A stretch of DNA of 64,000 nt from Myxococcota bacterium (GCA_964201005.1 CAXNCS010000002.1:14773-78772); one strand, 5' to 3'; shown: positions 10,042-19,024, numbered from the stretch's first letter. Made by a program: numbers and translations. The notes: generated from the letters alone by a model not told the origin.

Positions 10042-10063
10042 ACACTTCAGATATCTGAAGTGT
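10042..10063. terminator. 22-bp perfect palindrome ACACTTCAGATATCTGAAGTGT 26 nt after the CHAT stop; possible terminator hairpin or operator
   Basis: Read directly: the left arm acacttcagat is the exact reverse complement of the right arm atctgaagtgt. The flanks gcttt...aaagc extend the stem imperfectly. It is AT-rich relative to its surroundings and has no clear T-run. Confidence 0.35.
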
Positions 10064-10500
10064 TTGAAAGCTTGCAGGGGCGGGGTTGGCGGGTGGCGCG
10101 CGACAGGTACATGGCTACTGTCTGATCCATGATATCCAACGTGATTTCACCACCGGGCCAGCGACCGAAACCCGGAGGGCCGAGCCCCGGGCGTCGCGCG
10201 GCATCAACCACCTCCCAGCACTCCATGCCTCCCAGCCGCGGCGCGCCCGAGGGCTCGGTCGGCCAGCTGGCAAGCTGGACGATAGGGCGCGGTCGTGCGA
10301 CGCGCTGCCGCCAGGCGGCGCGGACCACGAGGACCCCATATGCCCTGCAGTCACCGAACGATCGGCACGCACCTGGCTGTTCCAGACGCTGCCGACCCGA
10401 CCGGGACAAGCCAGTCAAGCCATCGGCCAATCGGCACACCCGCCTGCAAAACTGCAAGCTCAGAGGGCAGATCAGCTTGAACGGAAGCAGAATTCCGCAT

Positions 10501-10529
10501 TTGACGATGCCGATCTGCTGGCGTAGGCT
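10501..10529 (+). promoter_or_regulatory. candidate sigma70-type promoter for the Ser/Thr kinase gene
   Basis: TTGACG (10501-10506), a 17-nt spacer, then TAGGCT (10524-10529), about 70 nt upstream of ATG 10598. Pattern match only. Confidence 0.25.
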
Positions 10530-10597
10530 CCGCGACCGCGGCCGGACTGCGCGGCGCTTCTGCACAAGGCCGATTCCGCAGCGGTATCAGGGGAAGC

Positions 10598-12262
10598 ATG
10601 AGCGATCGCAGCGGTCAACGACTGGGGGCCTACACGCTGGTGATGCCGCTGGGCCACGGTGGCATGGGCGAGGTGTGGCGGGCGGAACACGCAGGGCTCG
10701 GTCGGCCCGCGGCGGTCAAGCTGGTGCGGACCGAGCTCATCGACAAGAGCGCCGACCCGCAGAAATTGCTCGAGCGTTTTCGCCGCGAAGCGAGGGCTAC
10801 GGCTGGCCTCAGCTCGCCGCACACCGTCACCGTTCACGATTTTGGCGTGACCGCCGACGGCTGCCTGTGGTACGCCATGGAGCTGCTGGACGGACTGGAC
10901 CTGGAGAGCCTGGTGGAGGCCCACGGCCCCGTGCCGCCTGCGCGCGCCGTGCAATTGCTGAGCCAAGCCTGCGACGCCCTGGCAGAAGCCCACGCCAAGG
11001 GCCTGATTCACCGCGACATCAAGCCGGCAAACCTGTTGGCCTGCAGGCAGGGGCTGGCGGTCGACTATCTCAAGGTGCTGGACTTTGGCCTGTCGCGGCC
11101 GATCCTGACGCCAGAAGAGGGCCGGCTCACCGCGGATTTCGCGATTACCGGCACGCCGGCGTGGATCTCGCCAGAAGCGGCGATGGGCGAGACCCAGCTG
11201 GACCACCGCGCCGACATCTACGGCCTGGGCTGTGTGGCGTACTGGCTGCTTTGTGGCAAGCCGGTGTTTGAGGCCGAACAGCCGATGCGCCTGGTCATGG
11301 CCCATGTGGGGGCCGAGGTCGTGCCGCCGTCGGTGCGCTTGGGCCGCGAGCTGCCTGAGGATTTGCAGGCGCTGGTGCTCCGCTGTTTGGCCAAGCGCCC
11401 AGCCGATCGGCCGCAGAGCGCGCTGGACCTCAAAGCGCAACTGCACGCGTGCGACGTGGGCGAGTGGGGCGAGGCGACCGCGCGGCAGTGGTGGCAGCAG
11501 CACGGCCAGACGCGGGCGCAAACGGTCGACCAGCTGCGCGCGAGCACCGCGGCCGTGGACGCGCCGACGGACGATGCCCTGGACTTCACCGGCCAGCTGC
11601 CAGCCGCGGCTCTTGCGCCGCTCCCGCCGTTGGCGAACCCGACAATTCCCCGTGTGGCCCCTGCGCAATTGTCCGTCGCGCGCGCCGGCACGGTGGCAAA
11701 GCTGCGCGATGGTTTCGCCGCCTCGCTGCTGGACATGCCGGAGTTTGAGCGTCGCGTGGGCCTGGCTGAGGCCGCCCAGGACCTGGGGCAGCTGCAGACG
11801 CTGACCGCTGACCTGCCCGCCCCAGCCGCGGCCCCGGCTCCCCTGGCTGCGTTGGCGCCACCGCCTTCGCGGTACTTGGCCCGCCGCGCTACCCGGCCCC
11901 TTGTGGCGATTCTGTCTGGCATCGAGCGCAAGGGCCGGTGGCAGCCAGAGCGGCTCAACAAAGTCGTCACGGTGCTGGGCGGCGGCGAGATCGACTTGTG
12001 CCAAGCGCAGTTGGGCCCAGGCTGCACCGAATTCAGGGTGGTGGCGATTCTGGGCGGGGTGGAATTCACGGTGCCGGCGGATTTGCCCGTGGTCATCGAA
12101 GGGGTCGGGATTCTAGGCGCTTTTCACTCCAGCGGCGGCGTTGGACCCAGCGACGACCCGCAGGCGCCGTGGGTGCGGATTACCGGCGTGGCAATTCTGG
12201 GCGGCGTGGAGGTCAAGATCGCCCCGGTCTTGCGATTGGGCGTTGATTCCGCTGGGCGTTAG
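10598..12262 (+). CDS. Hanks-type Ser/Thr protein kinase with DUF1707-like and LiaF-C (DUF2154)-like C-terminal domains
   Basis: Kinase motifs are present: GHGGMGEVWRA, AVKLV, HRDIKPANLL, DFGLS, GTPAWISPE. A Pro/Ala linker follows. LRDGFAASLLDMPEFERRVGLAEAAQDLGQLQTLTADL resembles DUF1707. The beta-repeat tail VVTVLGGGEIDL..VVAILGGVEFTVPADLPVVIEGVGILGAF..ITGVAILGGVEVKI resembles the LiaF C-terminal domain. No TM helix was seen. Confidence 0.9.
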   Translation: MSDRSGQRLGAYTLVMPLGHGGMGEVWRAEHAGLGRPAAVKLVRTELIDKSADPQKLLERFRREARATAGLSSPHTVTVHDFGVTADGCLWYAMELLDGLDLESLVEAHGPVPPARAVQLLSQACDALAEAHAKGLIHRDIKPANLLACRQGLAVDYLKVLDFGLSRPILTPEEGRLTADFAITGTPAWISPEAAMGETQLDHRADIYGLGCVAYWLLCGKPVFEAEQPMRLVMAHVGAEVVPPSVRLGRELPEDLQALVLRCLAKRPADRPQSALDLKAQLHACDVGEWGEATARQWWQQHGQTRAQTVDQLRASTAAVDAPTDDALDFTGQLPAAALAPLPPLANPTIPRVAPAQLSVARAGTVAKLRDGFAASLLDMPEFERRVGLAEAAQDLGQLQTLTADLPAPAAAPAPLAALAPPPSRYLARRATRPLVAILSGIERKGRWQPERLNKVVTVLGGGEIDLCQAQLGPGCTEFRVVAILGGVEFTVPADLPVVIEGVGILGAFHSSGGVGPSDDPQAPWVRITGVAILGGVEVKIAPVLRLGVDSAGR

Positions 12263-12292
12263 GATCACCATGTACATGACAACTGTCTGATT

Positions 12293-12691
12293 TCAAGGCC
12301 CCGCCCCACACAGCACCACACAGCCACCATAGGCGTGCAACTTGCTGTCAGCGGTCAGAAAAGCCATCCCTTCCGTTTGCGCCTGCGCGACCATGATTCT
12401 GTCAAATGGATCGCTATGGTGGCTCGGCAGCAAGTCTACGGCGGCCGCATGGGCGGGTTCAATCGGCAGCAGATCGAACCCAGCTTCGCGAACCAGTGCA
12501 AGCAGCGCTTCGCCGCGGATCGGCATTTCTTGCGGCCACTTAGCGTGCTTGATCGCGACTTCCCAGATGGTAGCCGCGCTCACGTACTTGCGCTTTGCGG
12601 AGTCGTGCAGCCAGGCCCGCCCTTGCGCTGGGAGCTTGGGGCTGTCCAGAAGGGCCCATAAGACCAAGTGGGTGTCGACCAATACCTTCAC
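12293..12691 (-). CDS. vapC: type II toxin, PIN-domain VapC
   Basis: MKVLVDTHLVLWALLD..., SAATIWEVAIK, DPFDRIMVAQA and LTADSKL give the typical acidic PIN residue pattern. It overlaps the upstream antitoxin gene by 4 nt. Confidence 0.88.
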   Translation of the reverse strand: MKVLVDTHLVLWALLDSPKLPAQGRAWLHDSAKRKYVSAATIWEVAIKHAKWPQEMPIRGEALLALVREAGFDLLPIEPAHAAAVDLLPSHHSDPFDRIMVAQAQTEGMAFLTADSKLHAYGGCVVLCGAGP

Positions 12692-12930
12692 AGGCCCTCG
12701 CTAAACAGCGCCTCTACCTCGAGATTGTGCGCGTCGATGTCGCCGTCCAGCTCAAACTGCCCTTTGGCCACGCCCAGCCGAATCACCTGGCCCTCTGGCA
12801 CCACCGGCACCAACCGCGCGACCGGGCGGCCATTGCGCGCAAGCACAATCTCGGCTTCTTGGCCCGTTTCGATGGCCGCCACAAGCCGCGACAGGTTGGA
12901 CTTGGCTTCCAGCATATTGACCATCTGCAT
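12688..12930 (-). CDS. type II antitoxin, Phd/YefM family
   Basis: 80 aa. The N-terminus VNMLEAKSNLSRLVAAIETGQEAEIVLARNGRPVARLVP is the classic Phd/YefM fold signature. A GGGAGGG SD lies upstream. It overlaps vapC by 4 nt. Confidence 0.85.
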   Translation of the reverse strand: MQMVNMLEAKSNLSRLVAAIETGQEAEIVLARNGRPVARLVPVVPEGQVIRLGVAKGQFELDGDIDAHNLEVEALFSEGL

Positions 12931-12974
12931 TTGCGCGCCCTCCCGCCTGTAGGCGGTCCCTGCAACATAGCAGC

Positions 12975-12990
12975 CTAGTCTGGTCTAGTC
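12975..12990. promoter_or_regulatory. possible TA operator: CTAGTC direct repeat at 10-bp spacing
   Basis: CTAGTC occurs at 12975-12980 and 12985-12990, 45-60 nt upstream of the phd start. The one-helical-turn spacing is typical of antitoxin operators. Weak evidence. Confidence 0.2.
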
Positions 12991-13068
12991 GAGCTAATGG
13001 CCCGGTGTCGCCGGGTTGGGAAGCGACCGGAGGTTGTTGGCACCAGTCGAACTAGCTTTCACGTCGCA

Positions 13069-13428
13069 TCACGGCATAGAGCAATTGCCCGCCGCCGCCC
13101 CGGCTGGCTCCCCGGGCACTTGGGTAGCCGACGGTTCGGCGTGACTGCAGGGCGCATCGTCGTCGGCCGCGGCCGCTGCAGGCGTCGCTGCCCGGGGCTC
13201 GGCGCTGGCTCTCGCCGCAATGGTGGCCGCCGCGGGCAATTCGGTCGCTGGCGCGCGAACCGCGATAACCTCAGCGATTTTTCCAGTGGGCTCAGCGTTT
13301 CCCGCAGGTTTGAGCGACTCGGCCTGCACGGCCGGATCGGTTGGGCCCGTCGGTCCGCGACACGCCGACAGCGCTGCCCCAGCCACCAGCCAAGCGACGA
13401 CCGCCCGCACAATCCGCTTTTCCGACAT
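13069..13428 (-). CDS. small hypothetical lipoprotein (Ala/Pro-rich)
   Basis: ORF 13069..13470 trimmed to MSEKRIVRAVVAWLVAGAALSAC (lipobox). The remainder is low complexity, so this could be non-coding. Confidence 0.35.
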   Translation of the reverse strand: MSEKRIVRAVVAWLVAGAALSACRGPTGPTDPAVQAESLKPAGNAEPTGKIAEVIAVRAPATELPAAATIAARASAEPRAATPAAAAADDDAPCSHAEPSATQVPGEPAGAAAGNCSMP

Positions 13429-13589
13429 CGCCGCCCCTGGCCCCGGCCCGGCGCAATTGCCGGTCGCCAAGAGGTAGGAGCCGCGGCGGGCAAAACCCGC
13501 TCACGCTGCGGTTGCGGCACAGGTCGCGCAACTGCCTGGAGCAATCCCAGATTCTACAAGGGCTTGCCCGTGCCTAAGCGCTCGCCCAA

Positions 13590-14483
13590 CTACTTAGCGC
13601 GCACCTGCACCTGGCCAAAGGCTTGCGCGCAGGCGATGCGAATCGGGAACTGCTTGCTGGCGTAGAGGCGGCCGTTGACGGTCTCTTCGCGAATCTCAGA
13701 AAAGCCGTCTGTCTCCGCCACTGCTTTGAGCTTGGCCTCGGCCGCCGCGGTGCCGTACGCGCCCAGACCCTGGCAAGCCCACAGGCGGAACTCTGGATTC
13801 TGGCTGGCCAACAGCGATGCCGTCGCCCCCGTGGCTGCGGCGCACTGGGTCGCCTTGAAGTAAGGGATGGCCCAAGCGCGCACCGGCTCTGCAGCGCCAT
13901 CGACCGCTTTGGCCAGCACCGCGCAGTGGTCCAGGTGCTTGTGTTCCACCAGCCAATTCCCCAGGTGGCGCATCGCATAACCGCCGCGCGACCCATCGCT
14001 GTAGGGCAAAAACGCCGGTCCGACTTGGCTGGCCGCATAGGCGGCGACCGCGGCGTTGAGCTTGGCGTCGTCAAAGCCGTCCATCACCGCGCCGCTGCCG
14101 TACCACGCGGCCGTCTCAAAAAACGCCTTGTGCATGCCGCAGCGGTCAAACTGCAGCATGAGCGCGTTGGTATCGCGTTCAGAGGTCTTGGGCGCGGCCT
14201 CAAAGCGCTGCACCAGGGTCGAGCAATCGGTGCTTTGCGCGGCGGTCTTGTCTTTGAGCACGTTGCACGCGGAATTCTTGACGTTGGGATGCGCGGCCGG
14301 CCGCTGGCCACTGCAGACCTCTTGCAGATAGGTGATGTCGTCGCGCTGCTTGGCGTGAATGATGTCAATGCCATTGGCGGGCTGAGCTAATGCCCCGCAA
14401 CCGCTGACCAATCCCATGATCACCGCGCAGCTCGCCTGCACACTCCGCCGGTCCAGCCACCCCAGTCCACGTTGCCACGCCAT
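13590..14483 (-). CDS. hypothetical lipoprotein
   Basis: ORF 13590..14528. The likely start is ATG 14483 (MAWQRGLGWLDRRSVQASCAVIMGLVSGCG, lipobox). Amino-acid composition is balanced and several Cys are conserved-looking. I recognise no family. Confidence 0.6.
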   Translation of the reverse strand: MAWQRGLGWLDRRSVQASCAVIMGLVSGCGALAQPANGIDIIHAKQRDDITYLQEVCSGQRPAAHPNVKNSACNVLKDKTAAQSTDCSTLVQRFEAAPKTSERDTNALMLQFDRCGMHKAFFETAAWYGSGAVMDGFDDAKLNAAVAAYAASQVGPAFLPYSDGSRGGYAMRHLGNWLVEHKHLDHCAVLAKAVDGAAEPVRAWAIPYFKATQCAAATGATASLLASQNPEFRLWACQGLGAYGTAAAEAKLKAVAETDGFSEIREETVNGRLYASKQFPIRIACAQAFGQVQVRAK

Positions 14484-14679
14484 GACCACCCCTGCGCGCT
14501 GGCAGAAGGGAAGCGAGCCGCGGGGCAATCCCTGGGGTCAGACCGGTTCCGACGCGCCCATTTGCCCTTGGTCTTTGCCATCCCTGCCAAGCGCAGCGGA
14601 CACTACGCCGCGGCCGTCCGAGCGTCAATTCGGTGTGTCGGTGCAGTGTCACACGGGGGCGAGCGCCGCACTGGGACCT

Positions 14680-15729
14680 CTAAAACTCGCCGATCCGCAC
14701 CTGATCGTCCTTGCGCCCCGAGCCAATCCCCAGGGTCACCTTGGGCGTCACCGAGGCGTTCTCTGGCAGCGGGTTCTGCCCCTGCTGCTGGCCGATGTGC
14801 AGCACCGATTTGATCTTGCTCAGCAATCCCCCGCCTTCCACCGCTGGGCCGTCGGCGTAATACTCAAACCAGGGCAGCCCTGAGGCGTTGTACTGCTTGG
14901 CCGTGGGCGGCGGCGTGGGCGGCTGAGCTCCCGTCGCCCCTTGCCACGCCTCGCTGTTGCACAGGTGGACAAAGCAGCGCACGCCGCGCTCGGTGTCCCA
15001 GTCCTCCAGGTCGTAGGGATCCACGCTGATTTCCTGGCGCATTCGCCCGCCGGCCCCCAGGCCCATCGCCGGACTCTGCGCCGTCCCCGGTACCGCCGCG
15101 CTCGGCATCACCGGCCCCTTGGGCCGCGGCCCGTTCCAGGGCTCCACGGGTCGAATTGGAAAGCGCCGCTCAAACACTTCGCGCTTCATGGGAAACACTT
15201 CTAGCTGCAGGCCGCCAAATTCCGCAGTGCCGGTCAGCTGTTCTTCCACGCTGTAGCCCTGCCCCAGCGGCATCGCCACAAACTGGCGAATCAGGCCCTT
15301 CTCCACGCAAAAGCCATCGAGCCACGGCTGGGTCGGCACCACCACGTAGTCCTGAGGCCCGCGGGTCAGCCCGGGCTGCCAAGCCTCCCCCGTCACGGCA
15401 CTGCGCTTGCCCGCGGCGATTTTGACCGCGCAGGGATAAGCCGTTCCGCGATCCGGGACATAGCTGCCCAGGAACTGGATCCACAACGCCTCCGCCTGCC
15501 ACATCGGCACCATCACCCCGCCGCGCCGCCGCCAATCCTCCGGGACCCGCTCGGCGTAGTCGTCGACATGGCGCATCGGGAACTGCCCCAGGCCGGGCGG
15601 CAAGGGGTAGCTGCGGCCGTCGTCCGGGATGCGCAGGGTCCGCTGCAGGGCGATGGTCACATGGGCCGACGGGTGGAGGTCGTCAAAGCGAAATTGCAGC
15701 TGGTCATGGCGAAGGGTCAGCATGGGCAT
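14680..15729 (-). CDS. conserved hypothetical protein (unknown family)
   Basis: The track ORF 14680..15777 starts at a TTG. In-frame ATGs at 15729 and 15723 are preceded by AGAGGT. The composition is globular (LQRTLRIPDDGRSYPLPPGLGQFPMRHVDDY..., QFVAMPLGQGYSVEEQLTG). It is the last gene of the ATP-grasp operon. Confidence 0.65.
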   Translation of the reverse strand: MPMLTLRHDQLQFRFDDLHPSAHVTIALQRTLRIPDDGRSYPLPPGLGQFPMRHVDDYAERVPEDWRRRGGVMVPMWQAEALWIQFLGSYVPDRGTAYPCAVKIAAGKRSAVTGEAWQPGLTRGPQDYVVVPTQPWLDGFCVEKGLIRQFVAMPLGQGYSVEEQLTGTAEFGGLQLEVFPMKREVFERRFPIRPVEPWNGPRPKGPVMPSAAVPGTAQSPAMGLGAGGRMRQEISVDPYDLEDWDTERGVRCFVHLCNSEAWQGATGAQPPTPPPTAKQYNASGLPWFEYYADGPAVEGGGLLSKIKSVLHIGQQQGQNPLPENASVTPKVTLGIGSGRKDDQVRIGEF

Positions 15730-15806
15730 ACCTCTGGGTTCTGGCAGCCGCAGCTGCTGGGTCAAAACCTTGTGCAAGCGCGCCTGGACCGCGCCCTGTC
15801 CTCACC

Positions 15807-16343
15807 TCACCGGCGGCAAACAGCGCTGACATTCAACATCGCCCTCTGCCCAGCCCGCGCCGCATCAAAGCGCCGGTCGACCACGCTCAGCAGCGTCGCC
15901 AGCAGGCCTTGATCCAGAAAATCCCCAGGCGGCAGCTCAGGTAGCGCAGGGGCATCCGCCGCGGCAAAGTTCAGCTGACACACGTCCAGCAGCGCCGCCT
16001 GACCGGCCTCTCCCGCCACCCGCGTCGGCGCGCCGTGGGCCCGGCAGAGCATCGGCCGCACCGCAAAGATCGCACAGGCGCCATCGTCGTCCAGAAAGGC
16101 GCAGCGCCGGCCCTGGTGGGGATTGCGCTGGGCAAGCTCCTGCAACTGGCTAATTCGCTGGGGATCTTCGGCCAACCAAGCGGCGATATGGGCCCTCTCC
16201 ACCTCGGTGATAGTCAGGCCCGGCAGGCAGCAGCTATGGCAACCGCGGCGGCAGGCAAACTCGGCCGGGTGGCGCGCCTGGATCTCGGCAAACTTGGCGT
16301 CCACCTTGGCCAGCACCGCGCGATACTCGTCAAAAGCCGCCAT
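15807..16343 (-). CDS. YkgJ/UPF0153-family Cys-cluster (zinc/iron-chelating) protein
   Basis: It has the CRRGCHSCC motif plus a downstream RRCAFLDDDGACAIFAVRPMLCR, the typical CxxCxxCC family pattern. Its start lies 9 nt after the upstream ATP-grasp stop. Confidence 0.8.
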   Translation of the reverse strand: MAAFDEYRAVLAKVDAKFAEIQARHPAEFACRRGCHSCCLPGLTITEVERAHIAAWLAEDPQRISQLQELAQRNPHQGRRCAFLDDDGACAIFAVRPMLCRAHGAPTRVAGEAGQAALLDVCQLNFAAADAPALPELPPGDFLDQGLLATLLSVVDRRFDAARAGQRAMLNVSAVCRR

Positions 16344-16352
16344 GGGCCGTCC

Positions 16353-17570
16353 TTATCCAGCCGCCAACTGCACGTCGCGAATGAGCATCTCCTGAATTTT
16401 CAGGGTGGTCGCATAGTCTTCGTGGCGGGCGATCAGGCAGCCGTCGGACAGCAGCGTCTGCTTCCAGTCGCGGCGCTGGGCGCCAATCGGCAGCAAATCG
16501 ACGGCCACCAGCGCCCCGCCCAAGCGCGCCTTGACCTCAGACAGCCCGGAAATGCGCTGGATCCGCCCTTGGCCCACCGCGCGCTTGAACACGCAGGTCA
16601 CGTGGTATTTGCGCGCCGCCACCTGCTCAAACGCACCCCAGCAGACCGAGCGGGCCCACTCGCGATACACGTCAAAGTCATTGGCAAAATTCATCTGGTC
16701 GACCAGCCTACCGCCCGGCGCGCGCGCGGCAATCTCGCCAAAGACGATCTCGCCGTTGCCCTTGCGGTACCACTCCATGTGGGTAAAGCCGGTGCCCATG
16801 CCCATCGCCGCCAGCACCCCGCGGCCAAACTGCACGGCGTCCTGCAGCTGCGGGATGTGCGGGTCGCGCAAGACGATTTGCGCCGGCGACAGCCACTCCT
16901 GCGTGCGCGAAAGCAGCGGCCGCGGGTGGTACTGGGCCACCGAGTCAAACGCGACCTTGCCGCCTATACACACAGTATCGTAGGTGAATTCTTCGCCGTC
17001 GATGAATTCCTCCACGCTCATCTCCGGCACGTGGGCGACCTTGCGCAGCACCACTTCCAGGGCCGCGGCGTCGTCCACGCGGTGGGTGTCGCGGGTGCCA
17101 GCGCCATCGATCGGCTTGACAATCAAGGGGTAGCCGATGCGCTCTGCCGCCACCCGCACTTCCGCCGCTGTGCGCACTTTGGCGTGGCGGGGCACGCGCA
17201 GCCCGGCGACTTCAAGGCGCTGCTTCATCAGGTCCTTGTCTCGAAAAGCCCTGGCATCGTCAGGCCTTTGCCCAACCACCCCCAGGGCCTGGCGCAGCCT
17301 CGCCGCTAGCTCGACCCCCACTTCCCACAGGCACTCGATGCGGTCCGGCGCCAGCCTCTCCAGCTGCGGCAGGGCGTGGCGCACCGCGCTCTCTTCGTCC
17401 AGCAGGTTGGGCACGCGGATGTAACCCGTGAGGTACTTGCGCACCTCTGGAGCCAACGACTCCGCCGGGTCGTGGCCGAGGCCATACACCTGCGCGCCGA
17501 CTTCCGCGAGACCACGGGTAAAGTGCGGCATCTCCAAAGGGTAATTTGGCGAAATGAAAACGACTTTCAA
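16353..17570 (-). CDS. ATP-grasp ligase (L-amino-acid-ligase-like), paralog 1
   Basis: TTG start at 17570 with a GAGGT SD 5 nt upstream. ATP-grasp core: KDLMKQRLEVAGLRVPRH, IGYPLIVKPIDGAGTRDT, VEEFIDGEEFTYDTV, GFTHMEWYRK, FGEIAARAPGG. It is colinear with the neighbouring paralog. Confidence 0.85.
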   Translation of the reverse strand: MKVVFISPNYPLEMPHFTRGLAEVGAQVYGLGHDPAESLAPEVRKYLTGYIRVPNLLDEESAVRHALPQLERLAPDRIECLWEVGVELAARLRQALGVVGQRPDDARAFRDKDLMKQRLEVAGLRVPRHAKVRTAAEVRVAAERIGYPLIVKPIDGAGTRDTHRVDDAAALEVVLRKVAHVPEMSVEEFIDGEEFTYDTVCIGGKVAFDSVAQYHPRPLLSRTQEWLSPAQIVLRDPHIPQLQDAVQFGRGVLAAMGMGTGFTHMEWYRKGNGEIVFGEIAARAPGGRLVDQMNFANDFDVYREWARSVCWGAFEQVAARKYHVTCVFKRAVGQGRIQRISGLSEVKARLGGALVAVDLLPIGAQRRDWKQTLLSDGCLIARHEDYATTLKIQEMLIRDVQLAAG

Positions 17571-17606
17571 ATTAACCTCGGGCGATGGCGGCAGTAAGGT
17601 AGGATG

Positions 17607-18830
17607 CTAGCGGGCGTACACGCGCACCGTGCGGCCAACCCACTCGCAGATCTCGCGCAGCTGGTCGTAATCCGGGTGGCGCAAGCGGATCCAGGCGTTG
17701 GCCATGTACCCCGCATCCACAGGCTGGGTCGCATGGCCCACCGGCGGCAGGTGCCAGTCGATCAGCATGTGGCCGATGCGCCGCTGCACTTCGTCAAAGC
17801 CAGAGTAGCCGGCGATCCGCCCATCGCGATCGGGGCGCAGCGCCACCATCGCCGCGGCAAACTGGCGCGACGGCTGCTGATCCAGGCGGCCGTGGCACAC
17901 CGCCATCGCCCACTGCCGGTAGATGTCAAAGCCGTTGGCCGCGCAGTACAGGTCCCAGGTGCCCACGCCAGGGGGACGCGCGCCAATCTCGCTAAATTTC
18001 AGACCTTTGGGCCCGTAGAACCACTCCATGTGCGTCGGCGTGGTGCCCAGACCCATGGCGCCGATCACCTTGCGGCCCATCAGCTTGACCTCGTCGTAAC
18101 CCGGCAGATCCACGCGATTGGTCGTAATGAAGTACGGCGACACGTTGCGGGTGCGCATGGCCTCCAGCACGCCCGGGTAGTAGTGCGTGACAAACTCGAG
18201 GTGCACGTGGCTGTCGATGCTCAGGGTGTCGTAAAAGCCCTCGTGGCCCTCGATAAACTCCTCGATCGCGCAAGAACCGCCGCGGCCCAGATTGAATTCG
18301 CGCGTGGCGGCCAGGAGTTGTTCGTGGCTGTCGACGCGGCTCGTGCCCGAAGCCCCCGCTCCGGCGCGCGGCTTGACGATCAGCGGGTAGCCGACGCGCT
18401 CGGCGAATTTGCGCGCCTCCTCAAAGGAATCCGCGCCGGTGGACTGGGCAGTCGCCACGCCGTTTTCGCGGAGGAACTCCTTCATGGTCGGCTTGTCTCG
18501 GCAGAGGATCGCGTTGCGCGCGGTCAGGCCGGGGATGCCGGTCAGCTCGCGAACCCGCGACGCAGAGAGGATGTGCGCCTCGACCGTGGCCTCCAGCCGA
18601 TGGACCCAAGGCCCGCGCTGCTGAATCCGCCGCACCGCCGCGAGCAACTGCTCGTCATCGCAGACGTTGCTGACCTGCTCATAGCCGTCGAGCCAGGACT
18701 TGAGCTCGCTGTCAAAGCCGCTGGCCGGCCACTCGCCAATGCCGGTGACAAACGCCCCCACCTGCTTGAGGGCCCGGGCGAACTGGCGCTGATTCGCCGG
18801 AAAATGCGGCGCGATGAGGATGACGTGCAT
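17607..18830 (-). CDS. ATP-grasp ligase (L-amino-acid-ligase-like), paralog 2
   Basis: ORF 17607..18875 trimmed to ATG 18830 (MHVILIAPHFPANQ), with a GGAGG SD 7 nt upstream. Motifs: VGYPLIVKPRAGAGASGT, IEEFIEGHEGFYDTL, PTHMEWFYG, FSEIGARPPG. Confidence 0.85.
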   Translation of the reverse strand: MHVILIAPHFPANQRQFARALKQVGAFVTGIGEWPASGFDSELKSWLDGYEQVSNVCDDEQLLAAVRRIQQRGPWVHRLEATVEAHILSASRVRELTGIPGLTARNAILCRDKPTMKEFLRENGVATAQSTGADSFEEARKFAERVGYPLIVKPRAGAGASGTSRVDSHEQLLAATREFNLGRGGSCAIEEFIEGHEGFYDTLSIDSHVHLEFVTHYYPGVLEAMRTRNVSPYFITTNRVDLPGYDEVKLMGRKVIGAMGLGTTPTHMEWFYGPKGLKFSEIGARPPGVGTWDLYCAANGFDIYRQWAMAVCHGRLDQQPSRQFAAAMVALRPDRDGRIAGYSGFDEVQRRIGHMLIDWHLPPVGHATQPVDAGYMANAWIRLRHPDYDQLREICEWVGRTVRVYAR

Positions 18831-19024
18831 AGGGGCCTCCCGGCGGGCTCGCCGACTGAGCCGCGATGGTGGCACAACCTCCCTGTCCGTCCAAGGGGCC
18901 GCAGATCCGCGGATGGCTTTTGCCCGCCGCGCGCATGTGCGATCATCCGCGGTTCGCGCGCTGGGCGCCCCAGCATCGGGCCCACCGCCGCCGCCGTACG
19001 CTCTTTGGGGGCCACAGGACGACC

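Noticed and set aside
10047-10565. 172-aa minus ORF in the CHAT-kinase intergenic region, considered as a possible small gene or second toxin
   Set aside because: It is Arg-rich and low complexity for most of its length. A GGGAGG lies only 1 nt from the internal ATG, so the spacing is wrong. It shows no family resemblance. I treat the region as non-coding or possibly decayed.
10472-12004. 510-aa minus ORF and several 90-290-aa ORFs overlapping the kinase gene
   Set aside because: All of them lie antisense to, or out of frame with, a kinase frame that carries every Hanks subdomain motif. Their compositions are Arg/Gly/Pro-rich.
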